From assembly GCF_009914755.1 (NCBI RefSeq), contig NC_060936.1: a stretch of 64,000 bases of DNA, one strand, 5' to 3'. The stretch is from the human T2T-CHM13v2.0 reference genome, Homo sapiens. The position numbers were made by a program, and so were the translations under genes. The notes beneath the pieces are model-generated. The model was not told the origin of the DNA and ran no database searches. It was given only the letters and a program-made list of their open reading frames with translations. Below, piece after piece: positions 19,948-35,679 of this stretch (the first letter of the stretch is position 1; each line of letters begins with the position of its first letter).

Positions 19948-20517
19948 CTTTGTGGTTTTATCTACTTTTGGTCTTTGATGATGGGGATGTACAGATGGGT
20001 TTTTGGTGTGGATGTCCTTTCCGTTTGTTAGTTTTCCTTCTAACAGACAGGACTCTCAGCTGCAGGTCTGTTGGAGCTTGCTAGAGGTCCACTCCAGACC
20101 CTGTTTGCCTGGGTATCAGCAGCGGTGTTTGCAGAACAGCGGTTTTTCGTGAACTGTAAATTCTGCTGTCTGATCGTTCCTCTGGAAGTTTTGTCTCAGA
20201 GGAGTACCCGGCCGTGTGAAGTGTCAGTCTGCCCCTACTGGGGGGTGCCTCCTAGTTAGGCTGCTCAGGGGTCAGAGGTCAGGGACCCACTTGAGGAGGC
20301 AGTCTGCCTGTTCTCAGATATCCAGCTGCATGCTGGGAGAACCACTGCTCTCTTCAAAGCTGCCAGACAGGGACATTTCAGTCTGCAGAGGTTACTGCTG
20401 TCTTTTTGTTTGTCTGTGCCCTGCCCCCAGAGGTGGAGGCAGGCCTCCTTGAGCTGTGTTGGGCTCCACCCAGTTCGAGCTTCCCCGCTGCTTTATTTAC
20501 CTAAGCAAGCCTGGGCA

Positions 20518-20841
20518 ATGGCGGGCACCCCTCCCCCAGCCTCTCTGCCGCCTTGCTGTTTGATCTCAGACTGCTGTGCTAGCAATCAGCGAGACTCCAT
20601 GGGCGTAGGACCCTCTGAGCCAGGTGCGGGATATAATCTCCTGGTGCGCCGTTTTTTAAGCCCGTTGGAAAAGCGCAGTACTTGGGCGGGAGTGACCCGA
20701 TTTTCCAGGTGCCTTCTTTCACCCCTTTCTTTGACTAGAAAAGGGAACTCCCTGACTCCTTGCGCTTCCCGAGTGAGGCAATGCCTCACTCTGCTTCGGC
20801 TCACGCACGGTGAGCTGCGCACGGTGAGCTGCACCCACTGA
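20518..20841 (+). CDS. L1 ORF0 (antisense ORF in the L1 5' UTR), open, 107 aa
   Basis: ATG 20518: MAGTPPPASLPPCCLISDCCASNQRDSMGVGPSEPG...; donor-like CAG|GT at 20624 and 20709. Expression not shown. Confidence 0.6.
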   Translation: MAGTPPPASLPPCCLISDCCASNQRDSMGVGPSEPGAGYNLLVRRFLSPLEKRSTWAGVTRFSRCLLSPLSLTRKGNSLTPCASRVRQCLTLLRLTHGELRTVSCTH

Positions 20842-21140
20842 CCCGCGCCCACTGTCTGGCACTCCCTAGTGAGATGAACCCGGTACCTCAGATGGAAATG
20901 CAGAAATCACCCGTCTTCTGCGTCACTCACGCTGGGAGCTGTAGACTGGAGCTGTTCCTATTCGGCCATCTTGGCTCCTCCCCAGGAAGTCACCTTTAGA
21001 TCCATTATTTTAAAAGACTTTTCCCACCATTATTCGTATTAAAAATAGAGAAAAACTGAAAGTGAACAAACAGAGTACACTTAGATGTCACATATATTTG
21101 TTTGGATTCTAACATTGGAGGAGGTGGTACATATACTCAC

Positions 21141-21236
21141 TGTGAAGTTCAGTTGTTCCCCATCCAGCAGTCATACATGTAAAGTCAATTTATTTTATCA
21201 TCTTCCTCTGGCACCAGATTAGTAGTGAAAACTCTC
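21141..21236 (-). pseudogene. OVCH1: Decayed OVCH1 exon: protease domain 3, ICLP...GWG exon
   Basis: ag|GEFSLLI[fs]PEEDDKIN[fs]CMTAGWGTTELH|gtgagt; phase 1-1, 96 nt; in-frame TAA 21192-21190. Confidence 0.88.
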
Positions 21237-21371
21237 CTAATTAAAAAGGACGTTAAAGAAAAAGGTAAATATCATTTAATCTATAGGATTGATGTTAATA
21301 TTGTCTATGTTGTTTGCTCTTCAGTGACAGCTCTAGAAATAGCTACTTTGACTTAACAGTAACCCCTACTC

Positions 21372-21670
21372 TTTTGGAAACAAAGTCTCACGCTGTCATC
21401 CAGACTAGAGTGCAGTAGTGCAGTAGTAGCTCACTGTAGACTCTAACTCCTGGCTCAAATGATCCTGCCTCCTCCTAAGCCTACTAACTAACTAGTATAA
21501 TACTACTGGCATGCACTATCACATCCAGCTAATTCTTTTTTTTTTTTTTTCTTTTGGAGATGAGATCTTGCCATTTTGCCTGAGCTGGTCTCAAACTCCT
21601 GGCCTCAAATGATCCTTTTGCCTCAGCCTCCCAAAGTGTTGAGATTATAGGTGTGAGCCCTGCACCTGGC
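21372..21670 (-). mobile_element. Old AluJ
   Basis: Diverged reverse Alu dimer. Confidence 0.85.
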
Positions 21671-22459
21671 AAACATTACTTTTTTAAATGCTGTGATTAA
21701 GTCTTCCAGAAAATACTATCTATTACTCAAAAGGGATCAGCCCAATTTATATGTTACCAGTTTGCTCCAGGTATTACCATATCCTCCCACGACAATAGGA
21801 ACATATGCCCTACACTCAGATGTGAAGCTCTTGGTTTCTCATCCATAATCATTTTTTAAAAATACATCTGCCCTTTTTCCATGTGCCTCTAGGACATCAC
21901 CTTGTTGAATCTGAAATGACAGTGGAGAAAATATAACTCTCTTCCTTCTTTGACTTCATCATGTGAGGAATGGGGAAGAATCACATTTGCAGTACTTTAA
22001 ACTTTTCAAGTATTTTTATATCTAATACATATTTTTATATTTATTCTTTCTTCCCAGATGTATCATAAAATATATTGATATATTATGTATTTAAACATTC
22101 ACATTTTTATCTTAACACCAAAATGTGTTTATATATAAACAATGTGCATTTATGTATGTGTCTGTGTGTATTACACACATACACACACACACACACACAT
22201 TTGTTTTCCCATACTGTTTTATTATATTTTGATTTAGACGTTTACATACTTTAATGCTTCAGCCTATCTGCTATCCTGGATCATTTATTTCAATGATTTG
22301 TTCTTTTATTTTTACTGTTCTTAATAAAATTGTATAAACTCTTTGAAGTATAAATTATTTTCCTTCTCACCTGCCTATGCACATCCAAATCTTTTACGTT
22401 ATGCTGCCTTTGCAGATAATCATTGCTCTATCATTTCACTTTCTGCCAAATTTTCTTGA

Positions 22460-22829
<370 letters not shown>

Positions 22830-23984
22830 TGCCAACTGCTTTTCTTATTCTGCTTTTTTTCATTTACCAGATTATGATCACATCAACTCATATCATTCAG
22901 TTAATGAATGTATCACAATTGATTAAATCCCACTGATGAACATTTAGACTATTTTCTGTTTTTTGCTTAAGAGCTGCAGCAAGCATTCCAGAAAATAAAT
23001 CTGTGCAGTTGTGCCATTATTCCTGGAAAGTAGAATTGCTGGGCCATGAAGCATGTACTTTAAAAACTAGCAACTATTGCTACATTGCCTGACTTTTGAA
23101 AAGACAAAAAAGGATGTATCAACTTACAGTCCACCCAACTATGTTTATAATTTAGAACTATGTCAAGAATCTTTAAAATATTTTTACCCTAAATCTAGCA
23201 ATTCTACTTCTGGGAAGTTTATTTTAAGGCAATCCTAGACCTGGAAAAAATATATATATATACAAGGATAGTCAATCCAGCATTATTAAAATTTTTTTAA
23301 AAAGGAAACAATCCATTTTCATATGAATTGTGGAAAGGCTACCATGTATCCATTAAAATTAATTATATTTTAAAAGTCTTTAATATTATGAAGCAATGCT
23401 GACAATCATAAATGAAAATATACAATAAAATAAAACTTACAATAGGTATATTATTACAACTACTTAAATACAAACGACTAGTACAGGAAATACATGAAAG
23501 AAGTATGCCCAAATATTCACATAAAGGTAATGATGCTGGAAATTACAGGTGGGAAATGTCTTGTCTTTAATGGGAAAAAGGTCATCTCTCACTCTTCCCA
23601 GTGAAAAGAAATGAATAGGTACAGTTATAGATAAGTTACTAAATTCTTAGAGGGAAGAGAAACAAAATCTTATGTTACTGTTGGTATCAGGTGGTGTTAA
23701 GTAGGAAGCACAGTCCTCGGAGAACAGGAAAAAGGATCAAGATAAGAAAGTAAGGAAAGAAGGGCTGAAAAGAAGGGGGAACGTTTGTAATGACGACTGT
23801 GGATATTAGAAGACAGAATCATGCAGGCATACACCCAAGGATTGCTAAATGGTATTGAAATTGGAAACCACAAGATTTTAAGGGCACTAAATATCACCAC
23901 TGGTCTTTGTCTAAAAGAATGCTTCTTAACCTTGGCTGCACATTAAAATTTCCAGGAGAAATTTATAAAATACCAATGCTAGGT

Positions 23985-26170
<2,186 letters not shown>

Positions 26171-27096
26171 CAAATGCATAAAGCAAGATAAGGAGGGGGT
26201 AAATGCTGATGCCAACTCTCTATCCCTGAGATTGTGACTTAATTTGTCCAAAATGCAACCTGGCCTACAAGTGTGTGTGTGTGTGTCTGTGTCTGTGTGT
26301 GTTTTAAGCAACCCAGAGATTACACTGTACAGACAAGATTAAGAAGCACTGTTCTAAACGTTCTTGCTGACTTGGTTATAAAAGAACAGAAAGCAAATGA
26401 TGGGCTATGATTAATGGTTTGCAGGATGGAAGCATTGAAAAGACAGCAAAAGGGAGGTGAAGCTACTGGCAGAGGAACAGTTAAAGAATGTAGAAACTGG
26501 TTACAGACCCCTGTGTGTCCATGGAAAGGCATGGGCTTGAGAGTGGAGAAGTCTTAGTTACAGTTCCCGCAGTATGTTTTCTCACTGAATGTTCACCTGT
26601 GCTAAGTAGGTGGGCAGGGTACTGTTATTCCTTTCTATTAATAATAAAGCTGAGGCACAGGAAAGCTAAATAACCTGCCCAAGATTGCATGACTACTACA
26701 TGACAGAGCCAGAGTAACAATTCCTCACCCAGTTTTCACATTAGCTTTAGTTTCAGTAACCATTAAGCAAGAAGAGGATTTTACTAGGTCATGAAAGTAT
26801 AGAAAATTGAACATCTCATGCTTCAAATTCCTAAGTATTTGGAGTAACTTCATAGGAAAAGAATCAAAATTAAAAATTAATTTCTTTGAAATCTTCTGTA
26901 GACCTCCATCAATTAAAAACCCATGAAAGTATGTGTTTATACAGATACTTCAACTTTTAGAGAAAGTGGCATAAATATAAGGAAGTTTTGAAATAATTAT
27001 TTAACTTCAGAAGTATGTGTAGCACTTCTCAGCAAGATGAAAGATATTAAGCTGTATGGCAAAGGTTCAAAATATAGAAGAGTTACCCATACAGAC

Positions 27097-27256
27097 CAAA
27101 TTCAATACGTTTTTCCAGATGCAACAGTATAGATCATCATGAGGACAAAACTGTGAAAAGCCAAGGTGAGTATAGACAGGTTTCACTGGTATCAAATCAC
27201 TGCTTCCCATGTTCCAGAGGTAACTTCTTTCTGTTACCAGGTTGTCTGTGACAGTA
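27097..27256 (-). pseudogene. OVCH1: Decayed OVCH1 exon: protease domain 3, catalytic-Asp exon
   Basis: TVTDNLVTERSYLWNMGSSDLIPVKPVYTHLGFSQFCPHDDL[-1]LLHLEKRIEF G|gt; Asp codon 27135-27133; expected acceptor reads AA (27258-27257). Confidence 0.88.
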
Positions 27257-27356
27257 TTTGTCATAAGGGAGTGAGGAAATAGACATTTCTTTTAATGAGG
27301 TCATAGTCATTTTTCATAATTACTAAAAATATATTATTTTACATTTCTCTTTGTTC

Positions 27357-27650
27357 TTTTTAGAATTAGAGATATGGTATTGCACTATCACCAATCTGGA
27401 GTACACAGGTATAATCATAGCTCACTGCAGCCTCAAACTCTGGGCTCACGTGATTCTGTCTTCAGCCTCCTGATTTGCTGGGACTACAAGCCCACACCAC
27501 TATGCCCAGCTAATTTTTTTTAGTTTTTTGTAGAGATGGAGGTCTTACTATGTTGCCCAGGCTGATCTCAAACTCCCAGCCCAAAGTGATCCTCATGTCT
27601 TCATTTCCCAAAGTGCTAGGATTACAGGTGTGAACCACCATGCCCAGTCT
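27357..27650 (-). mobile_element. AluJ
   Basis: Diverged reverse Alu dimer. Confidence 0.88.
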
Positions 27651-27724
27651 ACATTTCTAATCTATATTAAAAATTTTATTGTCTTGAATTCTTGGAAAAT
27701 AGGGATTTCTCTTAATAACTTTAA

Positions 27725-28085
<361 letters not shown>

Positions 28086-29191
28086 AACGAAATATGATTT
28101 TTAAGATGCATGATGCCTCAAGATAATGATTCTGTGCATTATTACAATTATAATAATAGATGTTATACACTTATATAATGGCCTCTGAAAGATATTCTGA
28201 AAGTTATATTTACTCCCTGTAAAATGGTTTTCAAAGAAGTGTCTAGGAACTATGCATTAAGTCTGGCATTGCCTTAAAAATTTAGAATCTGATGTAACTC
28301 ATCAAATCAAAACTCAAAATTATGATTCTAAAATTTGATTGCAAACTCCCCAAACAGTTTTGAACACATGAAAGTCTGAAAATTGCCTTATAAGGATGAC
28401 TTCTTGAGATTTACCTATTCAAGAGTAAAGTTGGGGGATGATAAAGAAAATGAGGTTTTGATTCACTGAAGGGTCCTGCTCACCAAGTTATTTGAGCAGA
28501 TAGAAGGAACTGTTACTTTGAAGACACTGAAAACATTATATTTGATCATTTGGCTATGGGACATCATGTGATGTTCTCAACCATCTCACTACTTCTGGGA
28601 GACCAATATTAGAAATATCAGAATTTTAGTACTGAGCAACCTTTAAACTGAGGAAGGAATTTTCAGATAATGTCTCAATATCACATGGAAACAAGATTCA
28701 GATGAAATCAAAGAAAAAATTTTCTTTCCAAGAGCATTCTTTAAAATTTTTCAGAACTTTCTATATTTATTTTGGGAGCAGGTATGATGATCAGTCAGTA
28801 GAGGAGAGCAAGGAGGAAGGAGACCCACCGTTTAGCAACTCCAGTGCTCTAGGTGATATGTTCAGAAGCTGATGCACACATGTTAAGACATCATTATCTC
28901 CATTTTATAGATGAGGAAAGAGAGGGCAGCATTGTTAGTCACTTATTTTAAAAAGAGCTGGAAGGAAAAAGCAGCTTTTAAAATGAAAAACTATTAGTGG
29001 TATGTGTATTGTTGAAGGACAGAAAGTTTCATTCACCTAATATGTTCATTCATTTGCAAGGTGAAGACTATATCAGCGGGAGCATAAACTTTAATGTTTC
29101 TTGTGACATAGGGAGAGCAGATGGGTACACCCATTGTGAGCCCTTGAACAAGCAGTCTCAGAGACCCTGCACCACAGGCACAGGCACAGAC

Positions 29192-29458
29192 CTAAAGTTA
29201 GAACGCACTGCTGCCAGGACCCACTGTTTTGTGGCCAGGGAGCCTCTATAATAATGTTGTCTGGGTGCTGCAGACTAACTAGCCAGGGCCATGACATTGC
29301 AGATGCAGCACAGCTACCAATCAACCTAGGCTCTCCAAGCATGGCTGGCAGCACATTTGTATTTCTGTCCGAATTTTCCATTCGAAATTGGTCAACAGCT
29401 GGAATGCTACGTTTGTCTTGGGTTGGCCAACTTCCTGTATTGTTTTCTATTGTTATCC
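29192..29458 (-). pseudogene. OVCH1: Decayed OVCH1 exon: propeptide, activation site and catalytic-His exon of protease domain 3
   Basis: ag|GITIENNTGSWPTQDKRSIPAVDQFRMENSDRNTNVLPAMLGEPR-LIGSCAASAMSWPWLVSLQH[-1]QHYYRGSLATKQWVLAAVRSNF|gt; the TAAHC motif reads AAVRS (CGT at 29205-29203). Confidence 0.92.
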
Positions 29459-30643
29459 CTTAGAAAAGTAATAACAAAACATTATATAAAAGTAATTATA
29501 AAAGTCTATTAAAATTTCAGAATGGAGGCATTTCTTAGGTTCAAAACTAGGATTCTGATCAAGAGATGAGACTTACCTTTTCTTGCACTGCTTTTAAAAT
29601 AAGAAGATCAATAAAGTTAACTAAAATATTAATATATGCATCTTTAGGATACTCAAAACATAAAACTGATTTTTAAAATAAAAATATTGCATCTAATCAT
29701 GAAATTATTGGTCATTGTTCTTTCTGTGGCATTATTTGTGTTATTCCAGTGTAACAGATATCTAGACTTATCAAAACACTTTACACTACACGTATTCAAA
29801 ATACAACATATATATAAAGAACACATATAAGGAAAATTTCCAGCACTGTGTTTATTCCATTCTCAAATTTAAAAAGAAATTCTCCAGGAAATAATTTTAG
29901 TAACTAAAAACCAAGAGATGTTTTTAAGTATGAATTTTCTTAAATATACACAAAAATTTGAGAATTAGGATATATGCTTATTTATATAATTATTTACTGG
30001 AGATTTCTATTTCATACCAGACATGTATTTAAAACAAAAAGTTTCTAGCACAGTGGATTTGTGTTGTTTATTCAATATTATGTTAAAACTCATTTCTACT
30101 TCCTTTTCAGATATGTATAAAACATCAATTCTCTTCTCCTTTTAAATATATATGCCAAAATCATGCAAACTCCTCAAAAGACTATCCAAGATCTTAGGAA
30201 AAAAAGTTGTTTACTCAAAACTGTTTTCACTGCATTAAGGTTTAAGGGTGGATTTTAATCCACATTATATGCTCAGTCTTAGACCTTTGGGCTGTTTGTA
30301 CACATGTGTAACAGCAATATTTTATTAGTATCCAACCTGCAAAAAAGGAAGACTTAAAGAAATGAGGCAATAGAAATATTTTTACTGTGAGAATGAAGGG
30401 TCAATTTAGAGATGAAATATGGAAGGATAAAAGCAATGGAGACAGAAAGGTCAATTAGATGAGCATCCCTTAAACTATTCAAAGTCTCACCTACAGAATG
30501 ATGAGGCTCAAATCAAGGACTCTTCAAAGAGCCCATTCATTCCCCTGTCTTAAAAAAGACAAAGTGATGTCAAGAAGGACATTTCACTGAAGGTTGGTCA
30601 TTAGAATTCCACCTGAATTACACTCTAATCAAGAGGACCTCCT

Positions 30644-30787
30644 ACTAACAAATTAATTAGGTTTTTAATTCATGGTATGTGTATTGTTGAAGGACAGAAA
30701 GTTTCATTCACCTAATATGTTCATTCATTTGCAAGATGAAGACTATATCAGTGGGAGCATAAACTAACAAATTAATTAGGTTTTTAA
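30644..30787 (+). repeat. 93-bp copy of 28998-29090 inserted between 25-bp direct repeats
   Basis: 30673-30765 matches 28998-29090 with 2 mismatches; ACTAACAAATTAATTAGGTTTTTAA at 30644-30668 and 30763-30787. Confidence 0.92.
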
Positions 30788-31277
30788 ATCTTAAGCACAA
30801 CTGATGAAATTATGGCTTAAAAGTAGATTGGATAAGTAGAAAATCATTAAGTTTGTTTCTATTTTATTCAGAGAAGTTAGTACATGTTCAGCTAATCTAT
30901 TCTCTTCTGGGAACTTTATGAGGGTGAGGGGTAGCTACTTGGTAGAAGAGATATGGTAAGAGAGACATGGAAATACAATGAACTCTGTTTTGGCTTGAAT
31001 GTCCCCACTGGGTCATTTAAATAGCAAATGACTGACTTTCGTGTTTATCATTATTTCTTAAAAATAATAAACGCACATACACAAATTAACTTTATTACCT
31101 CAGATGATTCATTTGGAACTACCAGTATTATGCCTTAAGGAATGGTTTGAAATGAAGATATCCTTTTCTTTTTTTAGTAGGGAGACTACTAGTGACCCTT
31201 AAACCAATGGGCTGCAGGTTCTACTTCAAAGCTTATGCAGTATCTGCTTTAATAAACATTTTAATGCAATTACTTAC

Positions 31278-31449
31278 CACTGATAGGAAATTGGGTCTCA
31301 ATATTGCTCTTCTGTGATTGCTCCTGAATCATCTCTTCTAAAATAAGCTTAAAACCTCTTTCTCTCAGACTCATCAGTCTTAAAATGCACAGTCAGGTAA
31401 GCAGCACTGGATATCAAGATAAACTCTTTCTTGGAGCCATGTAAATGAG
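31278..31449 (-). pseudogene. OVCH1: Decayed OVCH1 exon: CUB5 C-terminal half plus linker
   Basis: ttgcag|xHLHGSKKEFILISSAAYLTVHFKTDES[fs]RERGFKLILEEMIQEQSQKSNIETQFPIS G|gtaagt; 172 nt, frameshift near 31366. Confidence 0.9.
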
Positions 31450-32114
31450 CTGCAATGAAAGACATATTCGATAATTAAAGTACTTTTTCTGTGCAATGAC
31501 ATAACTGAAAGAGGACAAAGAGGTAACATTAAATTCCAAACTGTTGATATTAACAAAAGAATGATTGTCAGGAATACAAGATCAAGATTTGTAGGATGGA
31601 ACTCATGATTTGAGTGCCACAATGGAAGAGTATAGCTTTTAAAAGATCAAAGGGAAAGACCTGATAGAAAAAATGGTACACACTTGTATGGCAATCTGTT
31701 ATCCTAAGGATGGGAGGAAAAAAGGGCATTTGCGTGAAGATAACTAGACAGAGACACAAAAGTAATGGGACAATCTGCTCTAAAACACAATAATGATTCT
31801 TTTAAAATTCAGAAACACAGAAGTTGGCACAAAGGTGGTCCTGATAGTAACAGGACATTTGCTGTACATTTAAGTTCTCCTAAAATAAAACAATGAAACA
31901 CTATTGATTTGTCTTCATGATAACGGTATCTCAGAAATCCGAGAAAGAAAGGAGGGGAGTAGTTAATCTCTACATCGTCCTTATCCTCAAAGCAGCTCTA
32001 TCTGGTGGAATGGAAGTGATGGGGAACCTTGGAGATGCTTTCATGTCAAGTAAAGGGGTTCTGGGTAGAACCAACAAATAACCTGGAAGTTTTAAAATAA
32101 TGGAAATGGGAAAA

Positions 32115-32617
32115 TGCCGAGACCAGCTCGGTCGGGGAGACCCTAACCCAGCAGCGCTAGAGGAATTAAAGACACACACACACAGAAATATAGAGGTGTG
32201 GCGTGGGAAATCAGGGGTCTCACAGCCTTCAGAGCTGAGAGCCTCAAACAGAGATTTACTCACGTATTTATTAACAGCAAGCCAGTGATAAGCATTGTTT
32301 CTATAGATTATAGATTAACTAAAAGTATTCCTTGTAGGAAACAAAGGGATGGGCCGAAATAAAGGGATGGGTTTGGCTAGTATCTGCAGCAGGAGTGTGT
32401 CCTTAAGGCACAGATCGCTTATGCTATTGTTTGTGGTTTAAGAACGCCTTTAAGCGGTTTTCCATCCTGGGTGGGCCAGGTGTTCCTTGCCCTCATTCCA
32501 GTAAACTCACAACCTTCCAGCATGGGCATCATGGCCATCATGAAGATGTCACAGTGTTGCAGAGATTTTGTTTTGGGGCCAGTTCATGGCCAGATTTTGG
32601 GGGGCCTGTTCCCAACA
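32115..32617 (-). mobile_element. MER9 solo LTR (HERV-K9/HML-3)
   Basis: Minus strand begins TGTTGGGAACAGGCCCCCCAAAATCTGGCC and ends GGTCTCGGCA; flanks GGAAAA/GGAAAC. Confidence 0.9.
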
Positions 32618-32796
32618 GGAAACTGTTACTCTGTTTTTCAAAAAGGATGTTTGGGAGCATAAGGCGGTAGGTAGGAGACAGAGAAAAACAGAGAGGTGTA
32701 GGGGTTTCCAAAGTCCTGTCAGTGAAGGGACATAGCTTAGTGCTTACAGGCACAGATTCTAAAACCAAACTGCTGGTTTGAACCAACTCTATCCCT

Positions 32797-32961
32797 TATT
32801 AACTATATGGCAAGCTACTCAACCTCTCTCTGTGCCTTGATAATCTCATCTGCAAAATGGAGATAATAACTCCATAATAACCTGCCATATTAACTATATG
32901 GCAAGTTATTCAATCTCTGTCTGTACCTCAGTATTCTCATCTGCAAAATGTAGATAAAAAC
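32797..32961 (+). repeat. Old tandem duplication (~91-bp period) of a MIR core
   Basis: TATTAACTATATGGCAAG...CTCATCTGCAAAATG.AGATAA occurs twice. Confidence 0.75.
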
Positions 32962-33089
32962 AATATTTTCTTAGGATTAAATCAATTGGTATTTACAAAG
33001 TATTATACATATTTGTTAAACGAAAATAAACCTCAGCAAAATTTTTACAGCAAATTATTAGACAGATGGTTTTTGAACACTTGGAGGAG

Positions 33090-33480
33090 GAATCAGTGGT
33101 CATGAGAAGGCAACATGGGATCCTTAACACGCCACATTAAATTAACCTAATTTCATTTTTTAAAAGAGCTAATTAGATGGTGGCTAGGGGGAATGGGATG
33201 AACTTAATGAACCTTGACTTCAATGAAGCACTTAATAAAGTGCCTGTGATGTCCCTGTGAACAGATAGCAAATGGTACGTAGATAATTATGTGGCTAGGA
33301 AGTTCCACAGGTGATTAAATAACCATACAAGAAATGTTAACCTGGAGGGAAGGTCTAAATGGTATGGAAATGATTCTATCTTTGGTTCCACCGAGTACGG
33401 TATTTCATTGATGACTTAGACAGAAATACAGAAAACACATTTATAAAGCCTGTAGGTTGAAGATAGGTGGCTGGAAAAGG
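33090..33480 (+). mobile_element. Ancient CR1/L3 reverse-transcriptase fragment
   Basis: Degenerate DFxKAFDKV-like (GACTTCAATGAAGCACTTAATAAAGTG) and SVLGPxxFNIFIDDLD-like (TCTATCTTTGGTTCC...ATTTTCATTGATGACTTAGAC) sequence. Confidence 0.6.
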
Positions 33481-34949
33481 GGCTAGTTTAAATACAGGCT
33501 CCTAGATTATTAAGTTGAACATTACACCTAATACAGAGTTTACTCTAAAATAATCCAAAACATATAATGCTCGCCTTGAAGATATGACCTGGAACTTATC
33601 AGCATTTTCTCCTTTTAAACTGATCTAATTTCTAGACTGTTCTTCCTCTCCTTGTGTCAAAAGGCATCAATGTGATGACTACCACGTGGTTAGAATAGTG
33701 GCCAAGAACACAGAGTGCTTCAGTTGAGTCCCACGTTTTCTACTTATTAGCGATGTCACTGGAGGCAATTTATTTAACAGTTTTGTGACTTGCTTGTCTC
33801 ATATTTAAAATGAAGATAATGTAACCTACCTACATAAGATTGTTAAAAGATTAAGAGTTTTCATCTTCATGAGATTGGGTCTTAGCTCAACAATGCCTGG
33901 ATAATGGTAAATATTTAATAAGTTATTAGATAATATTAAGCACAACAAGTTTTGTACATGGCCTGAGAACCTCTCCATGAGAATTCCATGTATATTTAAA
34001 AAGAAGAATTATGATCCTTCTGTCTTCTCTCTTCTCCAAGGTAAACATGCCCAGGATGTCCACACCCTTCTACATCCTGCTCATTATGCTCTTTGGATGC
34101 ACTCCAGTTTGCCAACGTTCCTTAAATTTGTGTTTGACCAAGGGGGATATTCAAAATATTTAGTAACCAGATTGCACACCAACAAGTAAAGAACTTGTGA
34201 GACTCAGCTAGTACTATGGTACTATGATTCCCTTTATCTTTTAATTCTTTACTATCGCTGCTCTGAATTTGTAATCATTTGACACCTCTGGAATTAGTTC
34301 AAACATCCCACTTTCTAAATCACCACCTCCTAAGTATATTAATATTTCTTTGCTACAATTATTTAATCTCACCATGACCTTCTAAGCCATTGATCCCATA
34401 AACTTCCTAAATCCATCAACCCTTTAAAAAGTGAGAAATTTTGCTTTAAAAGGAAGCAGAGAAATGGGATAATTGCTGACTTACATTAGTTTTAGTTTGT
34501 TTTAAATGATAGATAATATTAGAACATGTTTGAAACTGATGAGAATGATAGAGAAGATAGACGATGTAGGAGAAAGGATAACTAAATTAGTGAGAAACTG
34601 AAAAGTCCCAAATTGATATCTATAGCTCCAAATCCTCCACTAGCTCAAGAGTTCTATCTCTAGCTAACTAGTGGCAACTCAATCTGGATATATCAGAGCA
34701 ATGTTTTTAGCATGGCCCAAACAGATATCTCTCTATAAATCTTTTTCTCCCTGTCATATTTTCCATCTCCATAAATGCTTTCTCCAGTGTCTCACATCAT
34801 AAACCTAAGAGTCATTCTTGATTTGCATACTGAATTCCATATTCAATCCATCAGGAAATCCTCTCCGTTCTATCTCCAGATCTGTCTACTTCACTCGCAT
34901 TCCATTATTGTTATCCTCCTCTAAAGCAACATCATCTATTGTCTAAAAC

Positions 34950-35117
34950 AGTGCAATAGAACTTTCTGCAATGATGGAGCTTTCTATATCTTTGCTGTCC
35001 AATATGGTAGTCACTCGCTACATGTAGCTACTGAGCACTTGAAATGTTGGTATTGTCACATTTTACTTCATTTTAACTAATTTACATTTAAATAGCAACA
35101 TGGATTGGACAGTGCAG
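34950..35117. mobile_element. MER3-like hAT DNA transposon remnant
   Basis: CAATAGAACTTTCTGCAATGATGGA...GCTGTCCAATATGGTAG...TTGGACAGTGCAG. Confidence 0.75.
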
Positions 35118-35679
35118 GTGTAGACAAGAGCCTCATAACTATAGACACAATTCACTTTGTCACTCCAGATCAGCCTTCAAATTACTCCCCTGTCAAAACT
35201 TATGATGACCTCCTATTGAACTGGAATAAAATCCAAAGTCACTATCATAGCCTGAGCTGCACAATTGGAGAAAGCCTCTCTGCTCCACCACCCCACTTCA
35301 TTCTAGTCTGTCCTTGCTCAATCTCTCTCTAGTCACTCTGACCTCTGACAGTTCCCTAAGTTACCAAGCTCTTCCCTCATTCAGGGCCATTTTTTCCACT
35401 TTTTCTTTTAAAAATCAAATATTTTCTGTCAAGCAGTGCTTTAGACATTGAGGATACAGCAAGAACAAAAGAGACAAAGTTCTGTTGCCAGGAAATTTTA
35501 ATTCTGGTAGAAGAGACAAATTATAAATGAATGAAAGATAATACTCCATCAGGCCATGATCAATCCCTAGAAGAAAAGGTTAAGGAAGGCTATTTAGATT
35601 GTATGATAGAGGAGGTCTCAGGTAAGGTAGCATTTGAATGATTGAGGACGTGAAACTTGAGACAGAATGTGCTTGGTTA

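Noticed and set aside
30230-30336. Strong minus-strand acceptor (ccttttttgcag|) between the CUB5 and protease-3 exons
   Set aside because: Translation shows no similarity and the exon chain is already phase-complete without it.
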